NCBI GenBank assembly: GCA_965216785.1
Contig: OZ244197.1
Coordinates: 2,432,001-2,496,000, forward strand
Reading direction: 5' to 3'
Source: Thermodesulfobacteriota bacterium
GTDB taxonomy: Bacteria > Desulfobacterota_D > UBA1144 > Nemesobacterales > UBA2774
Length of the DNA: 64,000 nucleotides
The notes under the pieces are model-generated. The model worked only from the letters and a program-made list of their open reading frames with translations, did no database searches and had not been told where the DNA came from. Shown in pieces: positions 19,618 to 28,873 of the stretch. How positions within the stretch are numbered: position 1 is the first letter of the stretch; each line of letters opens with the position of its first letter. The position numbers and the translations under genes were made by a program.

Positions 19618-19653
19618 TCATTGCGGGGCTCAATCCGAGCCGAAGCAATCCCC
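19618..19653. repeat. REP-like palindromic element
   Basis: TCATTGC-GG-GGCTC-aatcc-GAGCC-GAAGCAATCCCC hairpin just after a stop codon; related sequence at 33702-33730. Confidence 0.45.
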
Positions 19654-19788
19654 AACGATCTAGATGCCAAACGACCATCACCCTGAGTTTTGCAAAAATT
19701 GCAGGACAAACAGTGTACCCGGGCATATAAACTAAATGACTTATAATTTGTTTGATATCCGAACCTTAGGTAATATTTTCTGATTAAT

Positions 19789-20868
19789 ATGAATAAGAAA
19801 AAGATAGTTGTCGCAATGTCGGGCGGTGTGGACAGCACCACTGTGGCGGCGATGCTTAAAAAACAAGGCCACGAAGTTATAGGTATCACGATGCAGCTCC
19901 TTGATTATACGGATGCTGAGGGAGGGTGCTGCGGGTTTGACCACGTTGTGGACGCGAGAAGGACCTCAGAAGAGCTTGGGATTCCTCATTATGTCGTAAA
20001 TTTTACAGACGAATTCAAAAAGCATGTATTGACGGATTATGTGGACAAGTATGAGTCCGGCAAGACGCCTATCCCATGCATACCCTGCAATCAGTTCGTG
20101 AAATTCGATTTGTTGCTCAAGCGCGCTCTGGAATTGGGGGCCGATTATCTGGCCACGGGGCATTACGCTAGAATCGAAGAAAAAAACGGTGTTTACACAC
20201 TAAAGAAAGCACTTGACGAGACTAAGGACCAGACCTATTTTCTCTATACGCTAGGGCAAAAGGAGCTGTCTAAGCTTATGTTCCCGCTCGGAGACCGCAC
20301 AAAGGTACAGGTACGCGAGCTTGCCAGGGAATTTAATCTAAGACCCGCCGACAAACCTGACAGTACGGGAGTTTGCTTTGCGCCTACAGGGAATTACAGG
20401 GATTATCTCAAAGCCCGCTCGGAATTTAAAGAGTCTGAGGGTGAAATAGTAAATACCGAGGGAGCGGTGCTCGGTACCCATAAAGGGGTGTTCTCTTATA
20501 CCGTGGGGCAGAGAAGGGGGCTTGGGATCGCCACCGGAAAGCCTATGTATGTAGCGCGAATCGAGCCTGGAGAAAACCGAGTTGTAGTCGGAGACGATAA
20601 CATACTATACAGGGACAAGCTCATAGCACAGAACATAACATGGATTGATAATATAAGTGATAATAGTGAGATAACTGACATACTTAAAGTAAAAGCTAAA
20701 GTCAGATACCGCCACCCTGCAAGTGATGCGACCGTGACTATGCAGTCCGAAACCGACGCGATTGTGGAATTCAAGGACCGCCAGCGTGCTATAACCCCAG
20801 GGCAAGCCGTGGTATTCTACAGCGATGAAAAGGTGCTCGGGGGCGGCTGGATAGACAAGGTGGTATAA
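19789..20868 (+). CDS. mnmA: tRNA 2-thiouridine(34) synthase
   Basis: AMSGGVDS, PCIPCN, ATGHYA, KDQTYFL, DSTGVCF, YTVGQRRGLG, TPGQ. Confidence 0.97.
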   Translation: MNKKKIVVAMSGGVDSTTVAAMLKKQGHEVIGITMQLLDYTDAEGGCCGFDHVVDARRTSEELGIPHYVVNFTDEFKKHVLTDYVDKYESGKTPIPCIPCNQFVKFDLLLKRALELGADYLATGHYARIEEKNGVYTLKKALDETKDQTYFLYTLGQKELSKLMFPLGDRTKVQVRELAREFNLRPADKPDSTGVCFAPTGNYRDYLKARSEFKESEGEIVNTEGAVLGTHKGVFSYTVGQRRGLGIATGKPMYVARIEPGENRVVVGDDNILYRDKLIAQNITWIDNISDNSEITDILKVKAKVRYRHPASDATVTMQSETDAIVEFKDRQRAITPGQAVVFYSDEKVLGGGWIDKVV

Positions 20869-20903
20869 AATTCTCAATTATTACTGTAAAAAGTAGCTAA
20901 CAT

Positions 20904-22196
20904 ATGAAAACCGTATCATTCGTAACACTCGGCTGTAAGGTAAATCAATACGACACGGCGGTATTGATGAACAAGTTGCCCAGGAGCCGCTATAAAACCG
21001 TCCCGTTTACGGAAAAAGCGGACGTTTATGTAATAGACACCTGCACCGTGACCCATAAAGCGGACGCGGAGGCAAGGAATTACGTGTATAGAGCCAAGCG
21101 CGCGAACCCCGAGGGTGTAGTCGTCGTAACGGGCTGCTACGCTCAGGTCTCTTCAGATGAGCTTACAGGGGTGGACGGGGTCGACTACGTAATCGGCAAT
21201 TCCGACAAGTTTACCTCTCTTCTCAAGGTGATAAGGGAAGGAGAGCAGCAGCCGCAAACCAGGGTTTTCAGATCGGATATATTCAAAGAGAAGAAAAAGA
21301 GCTTTGAAAGCCCTGATATTGAAAATTTCCCCGGACGCACAAGAGCATTTCTAAAGGTACAGGACGGGTGTAATTACGCCTGCAGCTTCTGTATTATCCC
21401 GCGCGCCAGAGGGCGCTCGCGTAGCCTTGAGGTTCCGGAGATTCTATCGCGCATGGAAAAGCTCTCCCTTGCGGGATATAAAGAGATTGTTCTTACCGGC
21501 ATACACATCGCGAGCTACGGACGGGATATCGGCACTACTTTTTATGAGCTTATCAAGCAAATAGAAGAGGCGAAGATCGTAGGCCGGGTAAGGCTTACTT
21601 CGCTTGACCCGGCGGATTTCGACACTGAGTTTATAGACTATGTGGCTTCGGCTAAAACTATATGTCCTCAGTTCCACGTGGCTCTTCAGAGCGGCGACAG
21701 GGACGTGCTCAAGAGAATGAGGCGCCGCTACGCTCCACAAAGATTCCTTGAGCTTACAAACCGGATAAGAGAGAGAATGCCAGAGGCCGCCATTGGCTCT
21801 GACATTATGGTCGGTTTTCCGGGCGAGACTGAGGAGGAGTTTCAAAACACTTACAATGTCGCTCAGGAATCGCCGCTCACATATTTTCATGTGTTCCCGT
21901 ACTCAAAGAGAAAAATGACCTCGGCGGCCGTGATGCCCGATCAGATACGACCGGAAATTATAAAGCACAGAAGTAAAGAGCTTAGGGAGCTTGGCTCACA
22001 GAAAAAATCCGAGTTCGTTCAAGGTTTTGTAGGAAAAACACTTCCAGTGCTCGTCGAGACCCACTCTAAGGGTACGACGCCAAATTACATTTCCGTCAAG
22101 CTTGACGACAAGGGCTTAAAAGTCGGAGACGAGGTCGATGTAACCATAACAGGAGTAAACGGCGAGGTAGCCCTCGGGACTACAGCTTTAATTTAA
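20904..22196 (+). CDS. mtaB: tRNA t6A37 methylthiotransferase
   Basis: TLGCKVNQYD, TCTVT, TGCYAQ, TRAFLKVQDGCNYACSFC. Confidence 0.93.
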   Translation: MKTVSFVTLGCKVNQYDTAVLMNKLPRSRYKTVPFTEKADVYVIDTCTVTHKADAEARNYVYRAKRANPEGVVVVTGCYAQVSSDELTGVDGVDYVIGNSDKFTSLLKVIREGEQQPQTRVFRSDIFKEKKKSFESPDIENFPGRTRAFLKVQDGCNYACSFCIIPRARGRSRSLEVPEILSRMEKLSLAGYKEIVLTGIHIASYGRDIGTTFYELIKQIEEAKIVGRVRLTSLDPADFDTEFIDYVASAKTICPQFHVALQSGDRDVLKRMRRRYAPQRFLELTNRIRERMPEAAIGSDIMVGFPGETEEEFQNTYNVAQESPLTYFHVFPYSKRKMTSAAVMPDQIRPEIIKHRSKELRELGSQKKSEFVQGFVGKTLPVLVETHSKGTTPNYISVKLDDKGLKVGDEVDVTITGVNGEVALGTTALI

Positions 22197-22236
22197 TCTA
22201 CTCACTTAGTGCGGTTATCATTATAATTATCATTTA

Positions 22237-23163
22237 ATGCGAAATAAAATCACGCCGTTAATCTTCATCTTCTATATAGTGTTCACATCCTGCCGGATTG
22301 GGTATTCGGGGGGAGACGAGCTCCTACAGGCCGACTGGTACGATCCCGCGGACACGCTTACCGTATGGGCGCTTGCCGACATCCAGCCAACAGAGCAGGG
22401 GGACAGAGATGCATTTGAGATCGCGATAGAGGACATTAACGAAAACGTTCCGGGCGTTGACCTGGCAATAGTGGCCGGAGACATAGTAAACGTTACCGAG
22501 GAAGAAGTGTTTGACTGGTACGTAGAGACGCGGGACGGCTCGTACATTGAGGATTGGTATGAGATCATAGGCAATCATGATCTGAAATCAGATAGGGGAA
22601 AGCTTTTTAGAGAGAAGCTGAGAGAAGATGTGGATTACTCGGTCACGATCGGGAATATACTTTTTATCTTCATGTCAGACGCCGAGCGGGGGAAGGCAAC
22701 GGAGATACCCGACGAGGTATTTAACTGGTGGAAGGAACTCGTCATAAATAACCAGGATAAAATTATTGTTGTCACAACGCATGCCCCGCTAGAAGGGAGC
22801 GGAATACCGTTTTCGGGATGGACCGACAGGCAGATAATAGACTCAGAGAGATTTACAGAAGTCCTGAGAAAATATAACGTAGACCTATGGCTATCGGGCC
22901 ACCTGCATCTTCCGCACTCTATGTGGAACGCTACTGTAGAAAAAGAAGAGTTTGGAGGCACCGAGTTTGTGCACCTCTCATCCATCCGGCCCGAGATCTT
23001 GGGAATGAAAGAATCCGAGTCCCGAGTGCTCACTTTCGTATGCGGCTCCGATAAGGTGCTCGTAAGAGTTAGAAACCATAAAAGGTTTGATTATATCCCG
23101 CATCTTGATGAAGTATTTACACTCTCTAAGAGTTATGAGTGCAGCGATATTGAGGGCGACTAA
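22237..23163 (+). CDS. exported (possibly lipoprotein) metallophosphoesterase
   Basis: FTSC lipobox-like; ADIQ, AGDIV, GNHD, THAP, SGHLH. Confidence 0.85.
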   Translation: MRNKITPLIFIFYIVFTSCRIGYSGGDELLQADWYDPADTLTVWALADIQPTEQGDRDAFEIAIEDINENVPGVDLAIVAGDIVNVTEEEVFDWYVETRDGSYIEDWYEIIGNHDLKSDRGKLFREKLREDVDYSVTIGNILFIFMSDAERGKATEIPDEVFNWWKELVINNQDKIIVVTTHAPLEGSGIPFSGWTDRQIIDSERFTEVLRKYNVDLWLSGHLHLPHSMWNATVEKEEFGGTEFVHLSSIRPEILGMKESESRVLTFVCGSDKVLVRVRNHKRFDYIPHLDEVFTLSKSYECSDIEGD

Positions 23164-24779
23164 AGAACCAGCTTTCTACGCTTCAGATAATCCACTAGTA
23201 AATATTTGCCTAATTGGTCGGGTTTTGTAAAAAAAGCTCTCCCCTTGTTCACACGCGTCATCTCGTCAACGAAGCGTCTTAGCGAAGGGCTGTCGTCAAG
23301 CATAAAAGTGTTGATACGGATACCCATAGAGGTAACTCTTTTTACTTCCTTTAGAGTCTCGAACGTTGCTCTCGGGCTAAGCCCCCCGAAGAACATCGGG
23401 AGCTCTACCTGAAGATACCCGTCGGTTTTATAGGCCGTGGGCTGTCCGTCCGTAATAAGTATTATCTGCTTATTCGAGTTCTTATGCTTTGACAGTGTCG
23501 AAGCGGCCGCGGCAAGAGCATCCTGGATATTTGTAAACGGGTCGTTAGAGTCCCAAGTGGTCACGGCAAGCTCTTTTGTCGTAAGGGACCTTGCGCCGGT
23601 TGAAAATCCGATGATATAGAAATTGTCCCTTGCGAATCGGGTTTTTACCAGGTGATCGAGCGCGAGCGCAACGCGCTTTGCCGCGGGGAAGCGCCCTTGA
23701 AAGCTCATAGACCAGCTAAGGTCTAAAAGAAGGACAGTCGCGGCATGCGTCTGATACTCAGAATCATAGACCTCAAAATCAGAGGGCTCAAGATCAATCT
23801 TTATTTGCTCTGCGCTCAAATCCCCTTGCTCTCTGGAAAGTGAGTTTTTAAGCGTGTCTACGATATTTAGATCAAAAGGGTCGCCGTACTCATACTCCTT
23901 GGTCTCATCCCGCTTCGTGCTTCCCGAGCCCCTGAGTCCGGTCTCATGCTCTGAGAGCTCACGCCGTTTGAGTGCCGAGAATATATCGCCGAGCGTCTTC
24001 TCTCCGATCTTTCTTATCCCTTTTGGTGTAAGCTCGGTACGCTCACCGATTGTTCTGATCAGACCACCATCCTCTAGCACAGAGCGGAAGCTCTTTAGTA
24101 CCAGAATAGAATCATAACCCTTTTCGCTGAGGATCTCTCTTAGCTCTTCTTCCCGTATCTCTCCTATATTCCCAGACATCATCATTCGCTCCACGCGCTC
24201 AAGCTCTCCGAAAATGCCCATAAGCTCAAGCGTTTCATCAAACCCAAGCGTGTCGTCTCCCGTGAACTTATCTGCCATCCTGTGAATAAATTTCTCAACA
24301 TTTTTTATATCATCAAGTTTCGACAGCAAAGAGTTATACATCTCCCGGGCCCCAGGGTCTGTAAAATCATATTCCCCCAAATTCTCTATCGCCTGACTCA
24401 GCCTCTCAGGAAGGTTCTCCAAAAATTTTAGTTTGGAATCAAGTTCGGGCGACCCTTTCTCCATTTCGTTTTTTAAATTTGAGGTTTCTTTTTCTAAGGC
24501 GCTTTCCAGGAGGTTTTTAATCTCTTCGAGAGATTGCCCGAGGTTGTAGGTTTCAAAAATATTTTGCTTATATGAGGACAGCTCGCCCCTTAACTGATCG
24601 ATACCGAAGGTGCCCTCATCCTGACCCCCGATGCCCTGTTTCAATATCCATTCATATGCCTCATCCGGGGTCCAGCCCTCCATTAGGTATTTCGATAGCT
24701 CATCGAAACAATCCCCTGCAGTGACTTCAGGACCGGACTGAGTGCCGTCCCATTTTCTATATCTAAACTTAGTGCTCAT
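23160..24779 (-). CDS. VWA domain protein (MIDAS), partner of the adjacent AAA+ ATPase
   Basis: N-terminal FRYRKWDGTQ; LTPKGIRKIG; DLSWSM, TNIQ, ITDG MIDAS. Confidence 0.9.
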   Translation of the reverse strand: MSTKFRYRKWDGTQSGPEVTAGDCFDELSKYLMEGWTPDEAYEWILKQGIGGQDEGTFGIDQLRGELSSYKQNIFETYNLGQSLEEIKNLLESALEKETSNLKNEMEKGSPELDSKLKFLENLPERLSQAIENLGEYDFTDPGAREMYNSLLSKLDDIKNVEKFIHRMADKFTGDDTLGFDETLELMGIFGELERVERMMMSGNIGEIREEELREILSEKGYDSILVLKSFRSVLEDGGLIRTIGERTELTPKGIRKIGEKTLGDIFSALKRRELSEHETGLRGSGSTKRDETKEYEYGDPFDLNIVDTLKNSLSREQGDLSAEQIKIDLEPSDFEVYDSEYQTHAATVLLLDLSWSMSFQGRFPAAKRVALALDHLVKTRFARDNFYIIGFSTGARSLTTKELAVTTWDSNDPFTNIQDALAAAASTLSKHKNSNKQIILITDGQPTAYKTDGYLQVELPMFFGGLSPRATFETLKEVKRVTSMGIRINTFMLDDSPSLRRFVDEMTRVNKGRAFFTKPDQLGKYLLVDYLKRRKLVL

Positions 24780-24788
24780 GCGAGGCTT

Positions 24789-26186
24789 TTACTTATATAT
24801 TATAGTTCCCCCAACGTTCTCTTTATTGAGCTTATTGGACAGGTGAAGGCCCTCAAGAGCAAACTCCACAGCGGAGGCGATCTCAGAAGGGGATTTGCCG
24901 ACATTAAGTTTGCCGATGCATTTCCTGAGTCCTTTAACCTCTGACAGCCCCTGAATGTAATCCTCTGAAGGCATGGTGTCCGAAACCTCGACGTAACCGT
25001 GTTCAAAGCTCTCAATGAGCTCTGAAAGCTCATCTAATGAAGGGAAGTAAGAATCGAAAACGGTTTTAACAGAGCGCTTTACGAGCTTATCCACCACAGC
25101 CTGCTCGGATGAGTCCTCACCCAGGTACTCAAGCTCTATCTTGCCCCCTGTTGAGGCCGTTACGGCTCCGAGGTCAGTAATCCTGGGCGTAACTTCGCGC
25201 TCACCGAGCCTGATCCCTCTTTTTGATGCAACCGCTCCGAGACTCTCGTAATTTGCGATCGTAGTCCTGACGCTCACCCCCGAGAGCTGGTTGATTTCAT
25301 CGGATTCCCTTGCCTGAAACGAAATTTCCGCGATTATTTGTTTTATAAATTCCGGGACATTTAACTTTACTCCCTCAATACAACCTACCTGTGCTTCCTG
25401 CTCCATTATTTCTATCTCTATCTCTCTCGTTCTCGGGTAGTGGGTGCTTATCTGCGCCTGGAAGCGGTCTTTAAGAGGGGTGATGATCCTGCCCCTGTTT
25501 GTATAATCTTCAGGGTTGGCGGTAGCCACAAGGCATATATCGAGCGGCAGTCTTATTTTATATCCCTTTATTTGTATGTCTTTTTCCTCCATGACGTTAA
25601 AAAGCCCGACCTGGACTTTTTCGATGAGGTCCGGAAGCTCGTTAATGGCGAATATACCCCTGTTGGAGCGCGGGATGAGACCGAAGTGAATAGTCATCTC
25701 ATCTGACAGATACCGCCCCTCTGCAACTTTTATCGGATCTACTTCACCTATGAGGTCGGCTACGGATACATCCGGCGTTGCCAGCTTTTCAGTGTAACGG
25801 TCCATTCTCTGAACCCACTCGATCTGTGTTTCGTCTCCATACTCCTCTACGATTGCTCTCGCCTTTTTACTTACGGGAGAGTAGGGGCTGTCGTTGAGCT
25901 CACTCCCCTTGATTATCGGAGTCTCTTCGTCAAGTAAGCCCGTGAGCGCTCTTATTAGTCTTGATTTAGCCTGCCCTCTCTCTCCGATAAACACCATGTC
26001 GTGCCCGGCAAGAACAGCGGTTTCGATCCGGGGGATCACACTGTCTTGATATCCGATGATCCCGGGGAATACGCACTCTCCAGAGCGGAGCTTTAAGATA
26101 AGGTTTTTCCTCATCTCATTCTTCACCGATAGCACCCTGTACTCGCTTGCTCTGAGCTCCCCTAGTGTGGATGGTTTTTTTATCAT
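24789..26186 (-). CDS. Mg-chelatase-ChlI-like AAA+ ATPase
   Basis: Walker A GERGQAKS, Walker B FAINE, ATANPEDYTNRG, LKDRF arginine finger. Confidence 0.9.
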   Translation of the reverse strand: MIKKPSTLGELRASEYRVLSVKNEMRKNLILKLRSGECVFPGIIGYQDSVIPRIETAVLAGHDMVFIGERGQAKSRLIRALTGLLDEETPIIKGSELNDSPYSPVSKKARAIVEEYGDETQIEWVQRMDRYTEKLATPDVSVADLIGEVDPIKVAEGRYLSDEMTIHFGLIPRSNRGIFAINELPDLIEKVQVGLFNVMEEKDIQIKGYKIRLPLDICLVATANPEDYTNRGRIITPLKDRFQAQISTHYPRTREIEIEIMEQEAQVGCIEGVKLNVPEFIKQIIAEISFQARESDEINQLSGVSVRTTIANYESLGAVASKRGIRLGEREVTPRITDLGAVTASTGGKIELEYLGEDSSEQAVVDKLVKRSVKTVFDSYFPSLDELSELIESFEHGYVEVSDTMPSEDYIQGLSEVKGLRKCIGKLNVGKSPSEIASAVEFALEGLHLSNKLNKENVGGTIIYK

Positions 26187-26218
26187 AAATAGAGTCTCCG
26201 GACTTACGAATGTTCTCC

Positions 26219-26235
26219 CTATAATGACATTATAG
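26219..26235. promoter_or_regulatory. perfect palindrome with a TATAAT -10 box on each strand
   Basis: CTATAATG-A-CATTATAG between divergent genes; minus-strand -35 TTCAAA at 17 bp. Confidence 0.6.
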
Positions 26236-26331
26236 TAGGCTCTGCTATTAATTTGAAGCCTTTTTTCATTTAGGGCGTCTTAATAATGTAGGGTATTGCC
26301 GAAACAAAAGAGTGCCTGTATCGGAATAGCT

Positions 26332-27003
26332 ATGGAGAGAGGGTTCATAAAGAGATTTATCAATACGATTACGCGCGCTAAGAGCAGCGATGACAGCGCT
26401 ATGTCGGCCATAGCGGACGAAGAGCTTGTGCGGATGTATATCGAGCGGGAAGACGAGCTGATTTTCGAAGAAATCCTGAGCCGGCACGCGGATAAGGTAT
26501 TCGGCTTGGCGCTTCGGATAACTCGTACTACGGAAGACGCGGAAGAGGTTTTTCAAGAGGTATTCATGACCCTGACTAAAAAGATCGGCACATTCAGAGG
26601 GGAATCCAAATTTTCAAGCTGGCTCTACAGAGTCACTGCCAACGCTTCCTACATGCGCATACGGTCTGAGAAAAAGCACGAAAATAACCTTAGTCTCGAA
26701 AGCTATGCCCCTTATGATGAAAAAGGGACATTAATGGGTAGAATTAAAAATAAGGATTGGAGCAGCAGACCCGACCTCGCGATCTTCAGTAAAGAAGCCG
26801 TCACGATTATTGAGAACTCTATTAACGAGCTACCTGAGTCTAATCGCGTAGTGTTTCATCTAAGGGATATAGAAGGCCTTTCAAATGAAGAAGCCGCAGA
26901 GGTATTGGGGCTCAGCGTTACGGCGGTTAAATCGAGGCTACACAGGGCAAGGCTTTTTTTGAGAGACAAGCTTTCAGATTATTTTTATGAATGGAGAAGG
27001 TAG
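26332..27003 (+). CDS. ECF (sigma-70 group 4) RNA polymerase sigma factor
   Basis: DAEEVFQEVF, FRGESKFSSWLYRVTAN, LRDIEGLSNEEAAEVL..VKSRLHRAR; start uncertain (26296/26332/26401). Confidence 0.93.
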   Translation: MERGFIKRFINTITRAKSSDDSAMSAIADEELVRMYIEREDELIFEEILSRHADKVFGLALRITRTTEDAEEVFQEVFMTLTKKIGTFRGESKFSSWLYRVTANASYMRIRSEKKHENNLSLESYAPYDEKGTLMGRIKNKDWSSRPDLAIFSKEAVTIIENSINELPESNRVVFHLRDIEGLSNEEAAEVLGLSVTAVKSRLHRARLFLRDKLSDYFYEWRR

Positions 27004-27296
27004 TAAAAATCGAGGATGAACTAAGCGAGAGTGAAATAATGACAAATCCACCACACGGATTCATGTGTAAAGACGTAGTAGAAAATATCATGGATTATAT
27101 AGACAAGGAGCTTGACCTTGAAACCCTAACAGAGCTTGAGAAGCACACGGGAATGTGTCCTGAGTGCAGGGCGTTTGTAGACACTTACAAGCGCATGCTC
27201 GATCTTGCGGGAAAGCTCAAAGAAAAGAAATTCGTCACCCCTGAAATAAGAAACCGCCTCAGAATTTTGCTCCAATCCAAAGTAAAACCAAGCTGA
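26991..27296 (+). CDS. zf-HC2 zinc anti-sigma factor, soluble
   Basis: C..YIDKEL..HTGMCPEC (HxxxCxxC); overlaps the sigma stop; no TM. Confidence 0.88.
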   Translation: MEKVVKIEDELSESEIMTNPPHGFMCKDVVENIMDYIDKELDLETLTELEKHTGMCPECRAFVDTYKRMLDLAGKLKEKKFVTPEIRNRLRILLQSKVKPS

Positions 27297-27400
27297 TTTT
27301 AAGCTGCGATAACGCTCATTACAGCAAGGCTGCTCATTACCCAAGTATTTCCACACTATAAATGACTCTTAAATAACGCATTCTAAAGTCATATTAAAAG

Positions 27401-27438
27401 AAGAATATTAGAGCATCCTTGTACTAATATTCTTTTTT
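27401..27438. terminator. AT-rich inverted repeat (terminator or operator)
   Basis: AAGAATATTAG-N12-CTAATATTCTT followed by a T-run. Confidence 0.35.
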
Positions 27439-27506
27439 ATCCGAGATAAAAAAACCTATGTTAATTTTTCTACTTTTGAATTATAATTAGCTTTGGGTGA
27501 TAGGTT

Positions 27507-28808
27507 ATGGAAGATAAACTAAAGAATGAACTATCTCGTGAAAACCTGAACAGGCTCTCTTCGGACTTTGAAGTAGAGCTGCTTAGACTAATTAAAACTC
27601 TCAACCTGATTTCTCAGTCAAGAGAGCTCTACAAAAACCAGATCGAAGAAATCGAGTCATTATCTAACAACCTGAAAATCAGGATTAACGATTTTACGAT
27701 AAGGCTCCTGGAAATTGAAAAGGGTGCGCGTGAGAGTATCAGGGAGTCCCGAAACGACTTTACGAGCTCTGCCGATAATAACGAATCGAACGATTACGAA
27801 ACCATAATAAAGGAAGTAAACGAGTTCAGAGAGAAGATCAACGCGGTCGATATAGACATTGAGCGCGCGAAAGTTGAGCACCTTAGCAAACTCGACTCGT
27901 TCTATTCCGTATATAACCTGGAGCTCAAAGCCTCGCAGGGTGAGCTGGACACTAAACTGTCTGATATTAAAGAGCTCTTGGCAGAAGCTATACCGGAGCC
28001 TGTTGTACAAGAAACACCGGCACCTGAAATTCCTGCCGCTCCTGAGCCTTTAGAGCCGGCACATACACAAGGTAACGGATCCGACGAGCAGCCGCTGCCG
28101 GAACCGCCTCCTGTTAGCGAAGCTGCCGAGACCCCGCAAAGCGAGTTTCAAAGGCCAGCAACTGGTGAGGATCTGCCTAAGAGAAATATCAACCTTTCTC
28201 ACTATCCACCAAGGGATATGAGGCACTCGATATCTACTTCAAATGGAATAATAGTAGGAATCATATTCCTGTTCTTCGGCGCGCTTGTGGGGGTAACGAG
28301 CTACTATCTTCTGGATTATATCGGCGAAGACGATACTTTGTCGGACTTAAGAGAAGAAATATATTCTGAGGAATCCATTACTCCAAGAGAAGAAGTGAGT
28401 ACTATAACATCACCCGAACTAACCCAGCCGCTATCTGATACTACAATAGTAGATGCAAAAGATGCTCCGCAAAACGAGCTCGCTGCCACAAATGAGGAAA
28501 CGACAACAACCGACGCAACTGCAAACGATAAATTCTTTAAATACCTGATGGATGAGACGGAACAGACTCCAACGCTTGATACGGACGTTCCCCCCGATAC
28601 AAATACCGGATTGGACCTCTACACGGTTCAGGGCGTGGGAGCGAATGTCAGAAGCGGACCCGGCATGAACCACTCGGTAGCCACTGTAGTTCTGGAAGGA
28701 GACGAGTTTGCGGCTTTGGGTGAGAGGCGCGGCGTATGGATTAAAATTATTACACCAGACGGGACAGAGGGCTGGATCTCTAAAAAAGTCGTTAGGCAAA
28801 TCAATTAG
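27507..28808 (+). CDS. coiled-coil / Pro-rich / single-TM / C-terminal SH3b protein
   Basis: heptad-rich N-terminus, P/E-rich linker, TM IIVGIIFLFFGALVGV, ANVRSGPG..WIKI..GTEGWI. Confidence 0.82.
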   Translation: MEDKLKNELSRENLNRLSSDFEVELLRLIKTLNLISQSRELYKNQIEEIESLSNNLKIRINDFTIRLLEIEKGARESIRESRNDFTSSADNNESNDYETIIKEVNEFREKINAVDIDIERAKVEHLSKLDSFYSVYNLELKASQGELDTKLSDIKELLAEAIPEPVVQETPAPEIPAAPEPLEPAHTQGNGSDEQPLPEPPPVSEAAETPQSEFQRPATGEDLPKRNINLSHYPPRDMRHSISTSNGIIVGIIFLFFGALVGVTSYYLLDYIGEDDTLSDLREEIYSEESITPREEVSTITSPELTQPLSDTTIVDAKDAPQNELAATNEETTTTDATANDKFFKYLMDETEQTPTLDTDVPPDTNTGLDLYTVQGVGANVRSGPGMNHSVATVVLEGDEFAALGERRGVWIKIITPDGTEGWISKKVVRQIN

Positions 28809-28873
28809 ATAAATAACCGCTGTTGGCTGAATACCCGCCTTTTAGAGTAAATACAAAGTAAATATCTCAGTTC

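Noticed and set aside
24789-26186. Chlorophyll or cobalamin chelatase indicating phototrophy
   Set aside because: No ChlH/CobN or pigment genes; motifs fit the generic AAA+/VWA family
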